In this document: piece after piece, positions 42,247 through 52,660 of the stretch
Numbering within the stretch: position 1 is the stretch's first letter
Layout: every line of letters starts with the position of its first letter
Virus record (IMG/VR): IMGVR_UViG_3300032295_001098
Coordinates: 1 to 64,000 of that record
DNA: 64,000 bases
Source: a virus
Taxonomy: Duplodnaviria; Caudoviricetes
Strand: one strand, 5' to 3'
Translations under genes and position numbers: made by a program
The notes under the pieces: generated by a model
What the model saw: only the letters and a program-made list of their open reading frames with translations
Told to the model about the DNA's origin: nothing
Database searches by the model: none

Positions 42247-43032
42247 TTACTTATACTTTGTGATGACAGGGTACCCAGTTAGTGGGCACATTTCTAAATC
42301 TGGCGATACTGGGCTGGTGTAACTGCGGACAAGCAAACGCTGAACCCAACGGTCGGTCCCGTCATAACTGGCTTGGAATGGCTTACGACCATGGACGGTG
42401 TTGGAGTTATCAATAATCAAAAGATCACCTCTAGTTAATGCTATTTCGTTAGTGTGCTTTTCTATTGCACGACCAAACTCTTCTAGAGCCTCTTGAGCCG
42501 CCACTGTAGTGCCACGCATGACGGACTTGTCGTAGCACATGGTGCTACGCCCATCCTTAACTCCTAATACAGAAGTTGTAACAACAGTGTCAGGTTCTCC
42601 GTTCGTCCTAAAACTGTCATCAACAGTTGTTTCAAATAGAGGCATTGACAACAGCGCAATACAAACATCATCTAACTCAGGCAAGATGTTTTGCAACTGC
42701 GCATAAGTTGTAAAGGCTTGTGGATCACCACGTAGGCACAGCAACATAATGTAGTCAGGCTTGTACGGGTGGAAGGCTGTCTCAGTATGGAGCGCCAAGG
42801 TTGTTTTAGATGACGAAGATATCTGTGAGTACTCAGTCTTTGGGTTGGGCACAACGTTTTGAATCAGTCTGCCGTTTTGTTCTTGTTTGTACCCTACTGG
42901 TACGCCAAGGTTCTTTGCGTAATGAAACAAGGTGTCACGAGCAATAGGACAAGTATCCTCGGATATGTGTGGTGTAATTGGGGTCGTTGGAATCGGACCA
43001 ACAGGAACGTCTTTAAATAGAACGATGGTCAT
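42247..43032 (-). CDS. TauD/clavaminate-synthase-like 2OG-Fe(II) dioxygenase
   Basis: LHTETAF, PDYIMLLCLR, GDLLIIDN..VHGR, RWVQR. Confidence 0.85.
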   Translation of the reverse strand: MTIVLFKDVPVGPIPTTPITPHISEDTCPIARDTLFHYAKNLGVPVGYKQEQNGRLIQNVVPNPKTEYSQISSSSKTTLALHTETAFHPYKPDYIMLLCLRGDPQAFTTYAQLQNILPELDDVCIALLSMPLFETTVDDSFRTNGEPDTVVTTSVLGVKDGRSTMCYDKSVMRGTTVAAQEALEEFGRAIEKHTNEIALTRGDLLIIDNSNTVHGRKPFQASYDGTDRWVQRLLVRSYTSPVSPDLEMCPLTGYPVITKYK

Positions 43033-43553
43033 GGGTTATATCGTGCTTGTCTACGCTCCTGCGGAGCAATGCTGATACGGCGACTAAGTTCTCGGGACAA
43101 CACCTGTGCACCACGCTCACAGCGCTCAAACACTGAGTCCACCATCTTGCGGTATGCACGAGAGTTCAAGTGTTCTTCCTGCTGTTCAATAACGTCAGGG
43201 TCAACATCTCGGCGGGCTTTAGCCAAGGTCACTGTGTCACCTTTAGCGGTGTCACTCCATTGACCGATCAAGCAACGTGCTTCAACGATCCGACAATTGT
43301 TTGCTTGTCGTTCTTCGTTGATTTCTGCTTCAACTAATTCTGCTTTGGCATATGACACCCATGCCATGAACTCTCCGTAGAGAGACATGAGTTCAGCGTC
43401 TGATAACTCGTCCAGATACTGAGGTACCTGTGGCATTTCCCCCGCTGGTCGTGGGGGCATCGTGAACTTCTGATTGAACCTCTCCCTCACTGAGGAGTTG
43501 TCCTGTGAAGGGCTTGTCATTGTCATCGGTTCTGGTCGCAGTATTGTTCGCAT
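43029..43553 (-). CDS. helical hypothetical protein of the recombination module
   Basis: AAGGA SD; ends LSRELSRR. Confidence 0.6.
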   Translation of the reverse strand: MRTILRPEPMTMTSPSQDNSSVRERFNQKFTMPPRPAGEMPQVPQYLDELSDAELMSLYGEFMAWVSYAKAELVEAEINEERQANNCRIVEARCLIGQWSDTAKGDTVTLAKARRDVDPDVIEQQEEHLNSRAYRKMVDSVFERCERGAQVLSRELSRRISIAPQERRQARYNP

Positions 43554-44421
43554 CGTTTTCCTTCCAGCATGTGTTTTTAAATGGGCATTGCTTGCATGTC
43601 TTATGTTCTGAGTCCGTTACCCACGCTGGACGCATGGGTGGGACTGATGAATCTAGCGCCCGAACTACTGTTTCGCAAGCGCTAAGAATCGGATCAACTA
43701 GTTCCTGTTGGAACTGGACTACGAACTCTTTTACTTCTTGGGTGGCTTTCCATTCGTAGATAAACACCATGGTATGAATGCCTGTGCAGTACATGTACAG
43801 CATGGCTTGACGGACATGAGACTGAAACGGTTGACGGATGCGTTTCCACATCTCATCAGGTTTACCTTCAGACTCTTTAAATATGTCATAACTCTCAAAA
43901 CGGATGGTGCCAGCGCCAACACTCTTAATCTCAATAAGAAATGGCTCTTCTTTCCCGTTGTTGACAATACCGTCAGCATGCCCAAGGATATGAAATTGAT
44001 CGTTGGTTACAGGAACTTCACGATAGATAGGACCAGGGGTCCCGCATGATGGGCACTTTTGTGGACTCAAATCTACCCATTTGTGACTACAAATATCGTT
44101 CTTGCACTGCCACGTACCGTGAAGAACGCCTGCGTCACGAAGCCACCCTTGCCACTTGGCATGAATAGCGTGACCTTCTGCAAAGACGTTCAAGCGTTGA
44201 AACGCAAACTTCTCGTCTTCTTTCTCATAACCCTTGATGGTGTACCAAGACGAACGAGGGCACCAATCCTTTTTAGCAATCTCGCTTGGGTGTAGGTGAG
44301 CAGTGTCTCGTGTAGATGACAAGCGCTCTTTGATTAACTGAGCCTGCACAATAGGAATGACCTTACCTTTACTGGTACGAGCCTTCTTATACTCCTGTAA
44401 GTGCCATGGTGTTTCAGTCAT
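43393..44421 (-). CDS. Cas4-like PD-(D/E)XK exonuclease
   Basis: HPSE..WCPR, GHADG, IEIKS, QAMLYM, CKQCPFKNTC. Confidence 0.85.
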   Translation of the reverse strand: MTETPWHLQEYKKARTSKGKVIPIVQAQLIKERLSSTRDTAHLHPSEIAKKDWCPRSSWYTIKGYEKEDEKFAFQRLNVFAEGHAIHAKWQGWLRDAGVLHGTWQCKNDICSHKWVDLSPQKCPSCGTPGPIYREVPVTNDQFHILGHADGIVNNGKEEPFLIEIKSVGAGTIRFESYDIFKESEGKPDEMWKRIRQPFQSHVRQAMLYMYCTGIHTMVFIYEWKATQEVKEFVVQFQQELVDPILSACETVVRALDSSVPPMRPAWVTDSEHKTCKQCPFKNTCWKENDANNTATRTDDNDKPFTGQLLSEGEVQSEVHDAPTTSGGNATGTSVSGRVIRR

Positions 44422-44749
44422 CGTTTATCCCGCTCATCTCTAGAAAATCATCTTCAGTAATTATTACGTACCTACGGTTGTTAAGGTCAAACTGAAGTAC
44501 AGGAAGGCGATCTTCCAAAATGGCACGTTCAACTAACTCTGATAGATCTTTATGTTTAATGGTGATTTGTTTGGTGTTGGTGGTGAACTTGTTCTCAATC
44601 AAGATGTCGGCAGTGCGTACGTCATTCTTACGCAACCAACCTGAGCCTGACCCAGCATTGCGACTTCCTTTGTAGGACTTAGCGCTTCGCTGTTCCTGTT
44701 TCTTGGATGTCTTATTAATGGCTTTGCGGTCATCACCACCAAGGATCAT
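44414..44749 (-). CDS. small PD-(D/E)XK nuclease/resolvase
   Basis: QE...GSGS...KNDV...IENK. Confidence 0.65.
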   Translation of the reverse strand: MILGGDDRKAINKTSKKQEQRSAKSYKGSRNAGSGSGWLRKNDVRTADILIENKFTTNTKQITIKHKDLSELVERAILEDRLPVLQFDLNNRRYVIITEDDFLEMSGINDD

Positions 44750-45762
44750 TCAAGACCAAACTTTGCAAACACTTCTTTAGTGATCTTGTCTCTCAGGTCA
44801 AGGTCTTCACGAACTGCTTGAAGCACTCCGTCCTTACCTTGCCACTTCTGGTCTCCGTAGGAGTAGTAGGCACCTGCACGGGTAACCAACTCATATGCAA
44901 TTGCAATGTTGACAACGTCTTTTACAGTGTCATACTCACCACGATTGAATCCAGGAGTATCTGCAAAGTAGTAGTCAACTACAGCAACTTGCTGTGGTCG
45001 GTACGTCTTGTTCTTCATGGTACGAGCCTTAATGGTTTGACCTACGGTCTCGTCCTTGGCTTTGATCCACTCGTCACGCTTTACTTCAACACGGCAGAAG
45101 TAATGGAAGTTCTTAGCCTTACCACCTGGGGTAGTGCGGTTGTCTCCCCACATCACACCAATCTTCTCACGCCACTGGTTGATCATGATGCCTGTGCACT
45201 GGCGCTCGTCATGTATCAGTGAGCGCTTCTGTGACTTAGAAGACTTGCGGAAGAACTTACCTGTGAGGCGAGCACCAAGACCAACAGTGAACTCTTCCAT
45301 CATCTTTTCTGACTCGTCACTTGGTACGAGAGCAGGGAGTGAGTCAATCACGATCATGTCAACGGCACGGTTGTCCAGTGCTTTAATGACAAGGTCATAA
45401 ACCTGTTCCATGATGTTGGACTCAACGACCCACAAACGGTCAAGGTCTACGCCAATGCTCTTGGCATAGTCAGGTACGTACTCTTCAGCCGCAATCCAAA
45501 GCGCTGTAAAGTCTGGGTCAAGTGCTTGGTTAGCCGCAATGGTCTTGTATGCAAGTGCAGTCTTACCTGAAGACTCTTCACCGATGATTTCACTCCACTG
45601 GTTAGCAGGCCAACCTCCACCAAGCATGAGGTCATAGGCAAGGATGCCCGTGGTGATGCGAGGCATTAACTCACGAACGGAACTGCCCTTAACGAGCGTG
45701 CCGTCTCCGTACTTCTTGTTCATCGCATTGATGATTGAATTGAGTGATTCGTAATCAGTCAT
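44746..45762 (-). CDS. recA: RecA recombinase
   Basis: GEESSGKT, IVIDSLPAL, INQWREKIGV, TTPGG. Confidence 0.95.
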   Translation of the reverse strand: MTDYESLNSIINAMNKKYGDGTLVKGSSVRELMPRITTGILAYDLMLGGGWPANQWSEIIGEESSGKTALAYKTIAANQALDPDFTALWIAAEEYVPDYAKSIGVDLDRLWVVESNIMEQVYDLVIKALDNRAVDMIVIDSLPALVPSDESEKMMEEFTVGLGARLTGKFFRKSSKSQKRSLIHDERQCTGIMINQWREKIGVMWGDNRTTPGGKAKNFHYFCRVEVKRDEWIKAKDETVGQTIKARTMKNKTYRPQQVAVVDYYFADTPGFNRGEYDTVKDVVNIAIAYELVTRAGAYYSYGDQKWQGKDGVLQAVREDLDLRDKITKEVFAKFGLE

Positions 45763-46152
45763 TTATACTCCCCAACTAGATCCGTCGCCTTGTGAAAACC
45801 TACCGTTCCAACCACACGCATAACAACGTGGTGCTGGCTGTGCTCCGTTGATCATACTGTTTGATCCTCGTCCTACACGGCTAAATACATAAATACTTCC
45901 GCATTCAGGACAAGTTGAGTTTCCTTCTTTACGAGCCGCTTCTCCACCTTTCCACAAGCGAATTGCATCACTCATGTTTAGTTGGTCAGTCGGTAAACGA
46001 TTAGGGTCTAACAACTCTTGGTTACCTTGTTGTACTTGTTGTTGCGGTTGTGCAACAGGGAAATTTAGAACAGGAGAAGTCGGAGGTGTTGCGTACGTGC
46101 GAGGTGTTGTTGGCTTCTCCCCTGCAATCTTTTTACTCCACCAGTCACTCAT
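45763..46152 (-). CDS. zinc-ribbon protein
   Basis: CPECGS...CYACG. Confidence 0.6.
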   Translation of the reverse strand: MSDWWSKKIAGEKPTTPRTYATPPTSPVLNFPVAQPQQQVQQGNQELLDPNRLPTDQLNMSDAIRLWKGGEAARKEGNSTCPECGSIYVFSRVGRGSNSMINGAQPAPRCYACGWNGRFSQGDGSSWGV

Positions 46153-46498
46153 CGTCTTCTTCCTCCATCAGGTTGTCTAACATTATTAAAATTCTCTCTG
46201 AGTCCGCAAGTTTGTTAACTGCCGCCATACCGAACACTGTCAATATGGCAACAATCTCATCTTTAGGGGACACTAGTTTATCCGATTTCTCTAGTAGATC
46301 AGCAAACCAGTTAGCGCCTTCTAAGATTTCATTGTAAATGTCAGTAGCAATAAAGACGCCCCATCGGGACAGTACATCTGCGTATTCCACTTCTCTTACA
46401 TCTTCTGATGGTGGTGAAAACCCCATAGTGCTGGCGTAGTCCTGCCCGTCAGGGACAGACAGCATAAGGTAGAAGTTACGCTGTTCTATTTCCTGCAT
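46145..46498 (-). CDS. hypothetical protein
   Basis: coupled ORF. Confidence 0.55.
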   Translation of the reverse strand: MQEIEQRNFYLMLSVPDGQDYASTMGFSPPSEDVREVEYADVLSRWGVFIATDIYNEILEGANWFADLLEKSDKLVSPKDEIVAILTVFGMAAVNKLADSERILIMLDNLMEEEDDE

Positions 46499-48579
46499 TA
46501 CTTAGCGTCTGCCCAGTTGTGCGCAACATTGCAGGACACCTTGAGTGGCACACCACGCAAGATAACACCGTCACCCATGGCTTCAATAAAACGTGGCATG
46601 ATTTCCTCCCAAGAGTTCTCTGGTACAGCGGTCACGATTTCGTCATGGACCTGTACCAACATCCTAGTGTCAGTTCCTTGGAGGGCTTTTTCAATGTCAA
46701 TCATGGCAATCTTGCAGATGTCAGCCGCACTGCCTTGGACCACGGCGTTAATAGCCTGTCTCTCTGCTCTGGAGCGCTTCTCATCGTCTGTGGACTTGAT
46801 ATCGGGCAAACGGCGTCTGCGCCCCGTCAGAGTCGTTACGTAGCCTTTGGCACGGGCTTGGGATACAACATGGCGCTTCCACTGGGTTAGCCCTGCAAAC
46901 TGCTCGTAGTAACGGTTGATCATGTACTTGGCACGGTCCTCAGGGATCCCTGTGGTGCGAGCCAGTTTCATGTAACCACCGCCGTAGGCAGTGAGGAAGT
47001 TCACTCCCTTTCCGATCTGGCGCTCTTCACTGGTTACCTCTGAAACGTCCTTGCCAAACAACAGAGCAGCAGCACCTGCGTGAATGTCAATGTCATTATT
47101 GAAGATGTGGATCAACTCAGGATCCTTAGAGAACATCGCCATGACTCGGAGTTCAATCTGGTCGTAGTCAGCCACCATCAAGGTGTAACCCTCGGGAGCA
47201 ATGAAGAGACTACGAATACTGGACTCACGAGGAATGTTCTGTAGGTTCGGATTAGAAGCAGACAAACGACCTGTAGCAGTTCGGTGCAGGTTGTATGACG
47301 GGTGCAAACGACCCTTGGACAACTTAGGCAACAGTCCGTCAACATAAGTTGATTTAAGTTTCTGAGTTTCAGACCATTGCAAGAGCAACGTAATCGCTGG
47401 GTGCTTGGATTCCAGGCGCTTCAATGACTCTTCGTCTACTGATGGCGCTCCACCTTTGGTCTCCTTGAATGGTTTTAGTCCCAAACCACCTTCACGCTTC
47501 TTGTTAAACAAGAACGCTTGCTTGTGCTTTGTGGAGTCAGGGTTAAACCCAATTGGTGCGTACTTGGACAACTCCAACAGAGTGTCTCGCATCTTCCCGT
47601 CTAGTTCCTTACCAAGAATCTTTAACTGGAGATGGTCTACTGGGATGCCTTCGTTCTCCATCTGCATGAGGACACGAAGCACTGCGGAGTCTTGTTCAAC
47701 AACTCGGGTCAGGTCATTATGGTGCTGGAGGTAATTAGACAGACGCTCATAAAGCATCCATGTCCAACGGGCATCAAGGTGTACATAACGAGCCGCTGAA
47801 TCAAATGGAACCTCATCAATGATCTTGCCCAACTTACCTTCACGGGAATAGGCGTTGTGCTTGTCATAGTTATGTTGGATCAAACTTTCAAGTGAATAAG
47901 ACATCAAGTTCTCATTGATGGCGTGCTGTAAGAGCATGGTGTCCCTGAATGGATTAGACGGGACTTCGTTGTAGTACTTGCTCAATGAGCGAGCATCAAA
48001 CTTCACGTTGTGCCCAACTTTAATCAAGTCACTAAAAAACAAAGGGCGCAACTCTTCAAGTACAACGGAGCGAGACAGTTGCTCAGGTACTGGTGAGTAT
48101 TGCGCTGGTATGTGGTAACGAGCCTTAGCGGTGGACTCTTGACCGCTCTTAAGAACTTTGCGGTAACCCTCAGGTGGGACAGTAGTACCGTCACCAATCT
48201 CCTCGGGTACCAAGATGGAACCACGACTGTGCCCCATAGGGATTGCCCATGAGTGTCCTTTAGTAGCGATACCTAACCAAAAGACTTCGTTGCGCAAAGG
48301 ATCAAGCGCAAGCATCTTGCGGTAATCGCCTTCTATTTTCTCCCGTGCTTTACGAGCGATGTCGGGGGAAGGGTTCTTGAGTTTTGCGACATGCGCTTTC
48401 CATTCCTTTTCAATGTGTTCAAGAAGGTCGGGATGGCGATCAAGGATTCCACGGGACTCAATGTCAAACGCAAAAGCCCCAACGTTTTGGATAACTTTGA
48501 TGATTTCATGTAGTTCTGCGATGGTAGACACAACATGGGGCGCTTGGCGCCCCATGTCATTGTCGTTAGTTGTGGTCAC
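46498..48579 (-). CDS. polA: family A DNA polymerase with 3'-5' exonuclease
   Basis: FDIE, GHNVKFD, TGRLS..PNLQNIP, DYDQIELR, KGVNF..YG, VHDE. Confidence 0.95.
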   Translation of the reverse strand: MTTTNDNDMGRQAPHVVSTIAELHEIIKVIQNVGAFAFDIESRGILDRHPDLLEHIEKEWKAHVAKLKNPSPDIARKAREKIEGDYRKMLALDPLRNEVFWLGIATKGHSWAIPMGHSRGSILVPEEIGDGTTVPPEGYRKVLKSGQESTAKARYHIPAQYSPVPEQLSRSVVLEELRPLFFSDLIKVGHNVKFDARSLSKYYNEVPSNPFRDTMLLQHAINENLMSYSLESLIQHNYDKHNAYSREGKLGKIIDEVPFDSAARYVHLDARWTWMLYERLSNYLQHHNDLTRVVEQDSAVLRVLMQMENEGIPVDHLQLKILGKELDGKMRDTLLELSKYAPIGFNPDSTKHKQAFLFNKKREGGLGLKPFKETKGGAPSVDEESLKRLESKHPAITLLLQWSETQKLKSTYVDGLLPKLSKGRLHPSYNLHRTATGRLSASNPNLQNIPRESSIRSLFIAPEGYTLMVADYDQIELRVMAMFSKDPELIHIFNNDIDIHAGAAALLFGKDVSEVTSEERQIGKGVNFLTAYGGGYMKLARTTGIPEDRAKYMINRYYEQFAGLTQWKRHVVSQARAKGYVTTLTGRRRRLPDIKSTDDEKRSRAERQAINAVVQGSAADICKIAMIDIEKALQGTDTRMLVQVHDEIVTAVPENSWEEIMPRFIEAMGDGVILRGVPLKVSCNVAHNWADAK

Positions 48580-48582
48580 GGC

Positions 48583-49305
48583 TTATTTGTCAAAGCCGAG
48601 TTCTTCTGATGCAATCTGCATCAAATCACGCTTAGAAGGGACCTGAATGATCTCCTCGGTGTATGCACCCTCTGTAAGTTCAGCGAGTTGCTCAGGTGTA
48701 ATCACTGCAAGACCCCACTCTTCAAGGTCAGCCGCTTTGACCATCTGAAGCAAGGTGGACGATGTTGCGCCCTTACCTGTGCGTGAGATAGCCCAGTAGT
48801 GCTTATCAAGAGGACCAGTGCGGTCACTGTTGTGGAAATTCTTCAACTGGTCAATTACTCGTGGACCAATCTCCAATGAACGGAGCGCTGGCTCTTCACC
48901 TTCGGTAAGAAGTGCAACGTTGAAATTGTGACGCTTGGATGGGCGACTGCCTGCTTTGCAAAGTGGGCAATCCTCTCCGATACAAACGAATGACTTCTGA
49001 CCAGAACGCTCAAGCCAGTGCTGACCATACGAAGCGTATGGGGCATCACCAATGAAGCGAATGATCTGAGTGTCTTCGGTCAACTTAAGACGGACGGCGT
49101 AGTTGCTGTCGCCTGTCTTTACGGAGTCAACACCGCTCCAACCACTGCGGACAACACGGCGTGCTTTTGGAGCATCGTCTTCGTCTGCAACACGGGCTGG
49201 TCGTGGCTTGGCTGTAATCTCATCGTCATCGTTTGAGACGATTGGCTTCTTACGAACGACAGGTTGAAATTCCTGCTCGTCATCTTCAAATTCATTAAAT
49301 GGCAT
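48583..49305 (-). CDS. single-stranded DNA-binding protein (gp32-like)
   Basis: IIRF...HW...CIGEDCPLC, ISRTGKG; adjacent to polA. Confidence 0.7.
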   Translation of the reverse strand: MPFNEFEDDEQEFQPVVRKKPIVSNDDDEITAKPRPARVADEDDAPKARRVVRSGWSGVDSVKTGDSNYAVRLKLTEDTQIIRFIGDAPYASYGQHWLERSGQKSFVCIGEDCPLCKAGSRPSKRHNFNVALLTEGEEPALRSLEIGPRVIDQLKNFHNSDRTGPLDKHYWAISRTGKGATSSTLLQMVKAADLEEWGLAVITPEQLAELTEGAYTEEIIQVPSKRDLMQIASEELGFDK

Positions 49306-49323
49306 CGTTTTTCTTTCTATGAG

Positions 49324-49758
49324 TTATTTTGGATAGTTTTTTGATGTGTGATTTGCAAACCCTGCCCAGTCTGCTTGCGCAGTATCTAGTTTGAAGGTTT
49401 GTATTGCATCAAGTAGAAACTCTACCTGTGCTCTGCTGTAAAGCCTACGACCTTTTACAGATTTATTAGGAATCTGTGCAGTCTTCGGAGCGGGAGTGCG
49501 ATAGGTGGCTTTAGGTACCCACCCACGTGTTTCCCACATACGAATTGTTACGGGCTTTCGGTTTACAGCAATTGCTAACTGACCAATAGTAAACATTTGC
49601 ATGTCTTCTCCATTGATCCGATAGACCTTGTAGCGAGCGCCATTAAAGCGATCACTTAATAATGAGTTTTGTTTCTTAGAAGAGGGGCGGTTCTTAGGAA
49701 CACGAGAACCTGGGAAGTCAGGCAGGTCGCCAAACATCTCAAGTGCTTTGTCGCTCAC
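49324..49758 (-). CDS. MerR-like HTH protein
   Basis: FTIGQLAIAVNRKPVTIRMWETRG...RRLYS. Confidence 0.75.
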   Translation of the reverse strand: MSDKALEMFGDLPDFPGSRVPKNRPSSKKQNSLLSDRFNGARYKVYRINGEDMQMFTIGQLAIAVNRKPVTIRMWETRGWVPKATYRTPAPKTAQIPNKSVKGRRLYSRAQVEFLLDAIQTFKLDTAQADWAGFANHTSKNYPK

Positions 49759-50189
49759 GCTTTGAATGCCCACGTTTCTTTCTCAACATAGAACGAAGTA
49801 ACAGTCTCTTCATGGTCTTTGTGTTCCCATGCAAACTTAACAAGGTTGTCCTCGTCTACGACTTCTACAATTTTCTTGATGGTGTCCCAATAACCATTGG
49901 AACGTGCCCACTGCTCTACAGCCATGACGTCCAATGAACGGGAGATACGGCGTTCACGCTTCAATTCAAATGAACCAACTTTGAGCCATTGATGACCCTT
50001 GTCATCGGTGTAACCGAAAACGGTAACAGCCTCGGCAAGTTGCTTCTTCATATCACCTAGGCGCTTTTCAAGAATGTCAATAGTCTCTTTGGACTTCTTG
50101 AACTCTTCAGCAAGGCGCTCTAAATGCATTTCATCAAAATCTTTGATGATTGATTCTTCTGCTGGTTTTTCTCTTTTTACTGTTGCCAT
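49755..50189 (-). CDS. coiled-coil hypothetical protein
   Basis: AAGGA SD. Confidence 0.55.
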   Translation of the reverse strand: MATVKREKPAEESIIKDFDEMHLERLAEEFKKSKETIDILEKRLGDMKKQLAEAVTVFGYTDDKGHQWLKVGSFELKRERRISRSLDVMAVEQWARSNGYWDTIKKIVEVVDEDNLVKFAWEHKDHEETVTSFYVEKETWAFKA

Positions 50190-50198
50190 CGTTTTTCC

Positions 50199-51746
50199 TT
50201 ATAGTTGTGATGTTGATATGAAGTCAGACAAGGTACCGATTGTTAATTCAAACTTACCTTGGCTGTCGTAGTTTCCGTCAATAAAAGCCTCATTGATGCC
50301 ACGCTTCTGTTGAAGCATTTCGTACTGGCGTTCCTCAATTGAACCTTTCATAACGAAGGATGCAACTGTAACGTGGGGGTGTAACGAAGACAACCTAATG
50401 ATGCGAGCCTCTCGTTGATCCAGTTTCCCAGCGCTCCATGGCAGGTCGTAGGAGATGAGGTAGTTGGCATTTGGCAAATCCACGCCATAACCACCAGCGT
50501 CTGACGATAAGAAGATACGGGTATTTGGGTCTGTAGCGAACTGTTGTTTAGCGGCGTCCCGTTCTTCGGCAGTCATGCCACCCATAAAAAGAACACTATT
50601 AGTCTGAGGTTTAAAAGCCGTTTGCAATAGTCGTAGGTTCTGTTTAAAGAATGAGAATAGAACAACCTTGCTATCAGGGTCACCCGACAAAATGTCAGTC
50701 ACATACTCAATGACTGATGCCATCTTTGGCGCTTTGGCAGTTTCTGATAACCAACCAGCCTTGATGATCTTGTCTGCATACTGGCTTCCATCTTTGCCTT
50801 GTGTCTCTCGGAACTTACGAGCAGAGTCATACACAAGGGCTGGGTTGTCACACAGCATGCGCAAGATAGTTAGGCGGGACATGATTTGCCCCTGCGCTTC
50901 TCCGCCACCGTCTCCACCGTTGTAGTGGGACCATAGATCAAAACCACGTCCATGTGTTGCAATGGCATTTGCTATCTCTTTTAGAAGATCTTTAGCAATT
51001 GCTTCGTAGGCAACTGCGCCAGCGTTATCAAAAGACACAGGTATTACTTGATGTATAACTTTTGGCAACTGATCTGCAATGTCTGCCCGTGTCTTACGAA
51101 CCATGGACTCAGTGAGACTGTCTTGTAGTTGCTTAAGGTTTCGGTAGCGGACTGGCTTGCCGTAGTGATCACGGACAATAAAGGTGCGGTCAAAGATGTC
51201 AAAGCGACCTAGCACTCCCTTATCTACGAACTCCATGATGGAAAATAACTCTTCTGGTTTGTTCTCAATTGGTTGACCTGTTAGAGCGAAGCGGTAGTGG
51301 CACTTAGAGCCAAGTCGCTTGAGCAACTTAGAACGCTTTGCTCTAGGAGACTTGATGATGGTTGCCTCGTCTATGACCATGGCGTCAAACTTAAGTGCAA
51401 GAAACTCTTTCTCGTCTTTTACCAACATCTCAGGGTTGACAATAACGTAACGACAACGCAAAGCATTGCGCCACAAAGGTGCACGAGCGGCTTTGGTACC
51501 GTCAATGACAATTGCTTTTGAGTTAGTGAACTTCTTAATCTCACGTAACCACTGGAACTTAAGTGATGAGGGAACTACTACGGCTACACGATCAATCTCC
51601 CCGTCATCAAACAGTCGTTCAATAGCGGCAAGTGTTGTTGGTGTTTTACCAGCACCCATGACCATGGCAAGCATCATCTGCCCACGATCAACCATGCGTT
51701 CCATGGCTTCCTGTTGGAATGGATAGAGGGTGCCGTTAAAAGTCAT
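50199..51746 (-). CDS. SNF2-family helicase
   Basis: MGAGKT, IDEAT, LTGQP, QREARIIR. Confidence 0.9.
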   Translation of the reverse strand: MTFNGTLYPFQQEAMERMVDRGQMMLAMVMGAGKTPTTLAAIERLFDDGEIDRVAVVVPSSLKFQWLREIKKFTNSKAIVIDGTKAARAPLWRNALRCRYVIVNPEMLVKDEKEFLALKFDAMVIDEATIIKSPRAKRSKLLKRLGSKCHYRFALTGQPIENKPEELFSIMEFVDKGVLGRFDIFDRTFIVRDHYGKPVRYRNLKQLQDSLTESMVRKTRADIADQLPKVIHQVIPVSFDNAGAVAYEAIAKDLLKEIANAIATHGRGFDLWSHYNGGDGGGEAQGQIMSRLTILRMLCDNPALVYDSARKFRETQGKDGSQYADKIIKAGWLSETAKAPKMASVIEYVTDILSGDPDSKVVLFSFFKQNLRLLQTAFKPQTNSVLFMGGMTAEERDAAKQQFATDPNTRIFLSSDAGGYGVDLPNANYLISYDLPWSAGKLDQREARIIRLSSLHPHVTVASFVMKGSIEERQYEMLQQKRGINEAFIDGNYDSQGKFELTIGTLSDFISTSQL

Positions 51747-52660
51747 TACATCCACCAAGGAAGCACTGATGCGTGCTTGATTGCATAATCTACTTCTGCG
51801 TCAGTCATGTCACCAATGTCTTTGGCGTCTGTCTTGCTGTAATCAAGGAAGAAGATACCGTCACGAAAACGTGGCAATGCTTTTAGCAAAGTCTTAGCGG
51901 ACTCAATTCCTGCTTTGTCGTTATCCATTGCAATGATCACTCGCTCTGCTGATTCAGAAAGCAAAGTCATTTGCTCGTGACTTACATGGGCACCAAATGT
52001 GGCGAGTGCTTGCATACCCCCGAATGATGATGCAAACCTCACCACATCTAGTGGTGACTCAACAAGCACAGCAGTCCTTGATTGAAAACGTTCAATACCA
52101 AAAAGAGTCCTGCTCTTCTTTATCCCAACTGGGTTGTTGTTGAAGTACTCAGGACCTTTTTCTTGCCATCCCATTAGTTCACCTAACGGAGAGACAATAG
52201 GAATTACCCATGCTTTCTTAAGCGTGTTCCATTTGATACCGTGCACTAGTGCAACGTCAGCGTCAAGGTGTCGCTTTACTAACTCTCTGTGAGGCACCTG
52301 TTCAAAGCGACTGTACGAAACCCAATCAACTTCTGGCTGGTACTCAACACGTTCTGGAGCAGTGAGACGATTGATACCTGTCTCAATCAACAACTGGTTA
52401 ACAGCCGAAACACTGTCAGGGTTACCTGTCAACTCTGAAACAAGACCAGCAAGTGTTCCACGAGCGCCACATGAGTGACAGATCCACAAACCGCTCTCTG
52501 CATTCATTGACCATGAAGGAGAACCATCTGCACGACCAGTGCGCTTCTCATGTACAGGACAGCATCCTGAAATCTCACGACCACTTGTTCGGCGTACATC
52601 TACGCCAAGTTCTATAAGAACATTAGAAAGATCAGTAGTACCAGTTGTCTGTGTCGCCAT
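51746..52660 (-). CDS. dnaG: DNA primase (CHC2 zinc finger + TOPRIM)
   Basis: CPVH...CHSC; VESPLD; MDNDKAG. Confidence 0.9.
   Translation of the reverse strand: MATQTTGTTDLSNVLIELGVDVRRTSGREISGCCPVHEKRTGRADGSPSWSMNAESGLWICHSCGARGTLAGLVSELTGNPDSVSAVNQLLIETGINRLTAPERVEYQPEVDWVSYSRFEQVPHRELVKRHLDADVALVHGIKWNTLKKAWVIPIVSPLGELMGWQEKGPEYFNNNPVGIKKSRTLFGIERFQSRTAVLVESPLDVVRFASSFGGMQALATFGAHVSHEQMTLLSESAERVIIAMDNDKAGIESAKTLLKALPRFRDGIFFLDYSKTDAKDIGDMTDAEVDYAIKHASVLPWWM

Noticed and set aside
43393-44421. Cas4-like nuclease as evidence of a CRISPR-Cas system
   Set aside because: No array or other cas genes; typical phage recombination exonuclease next to recA
46498-48579. Intein or intron in polA (also recA, dnaB)
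   Set aside because: Normal lengths, continuous motifs, no splice-junction signatures; only short insertions in the exonuclease domain
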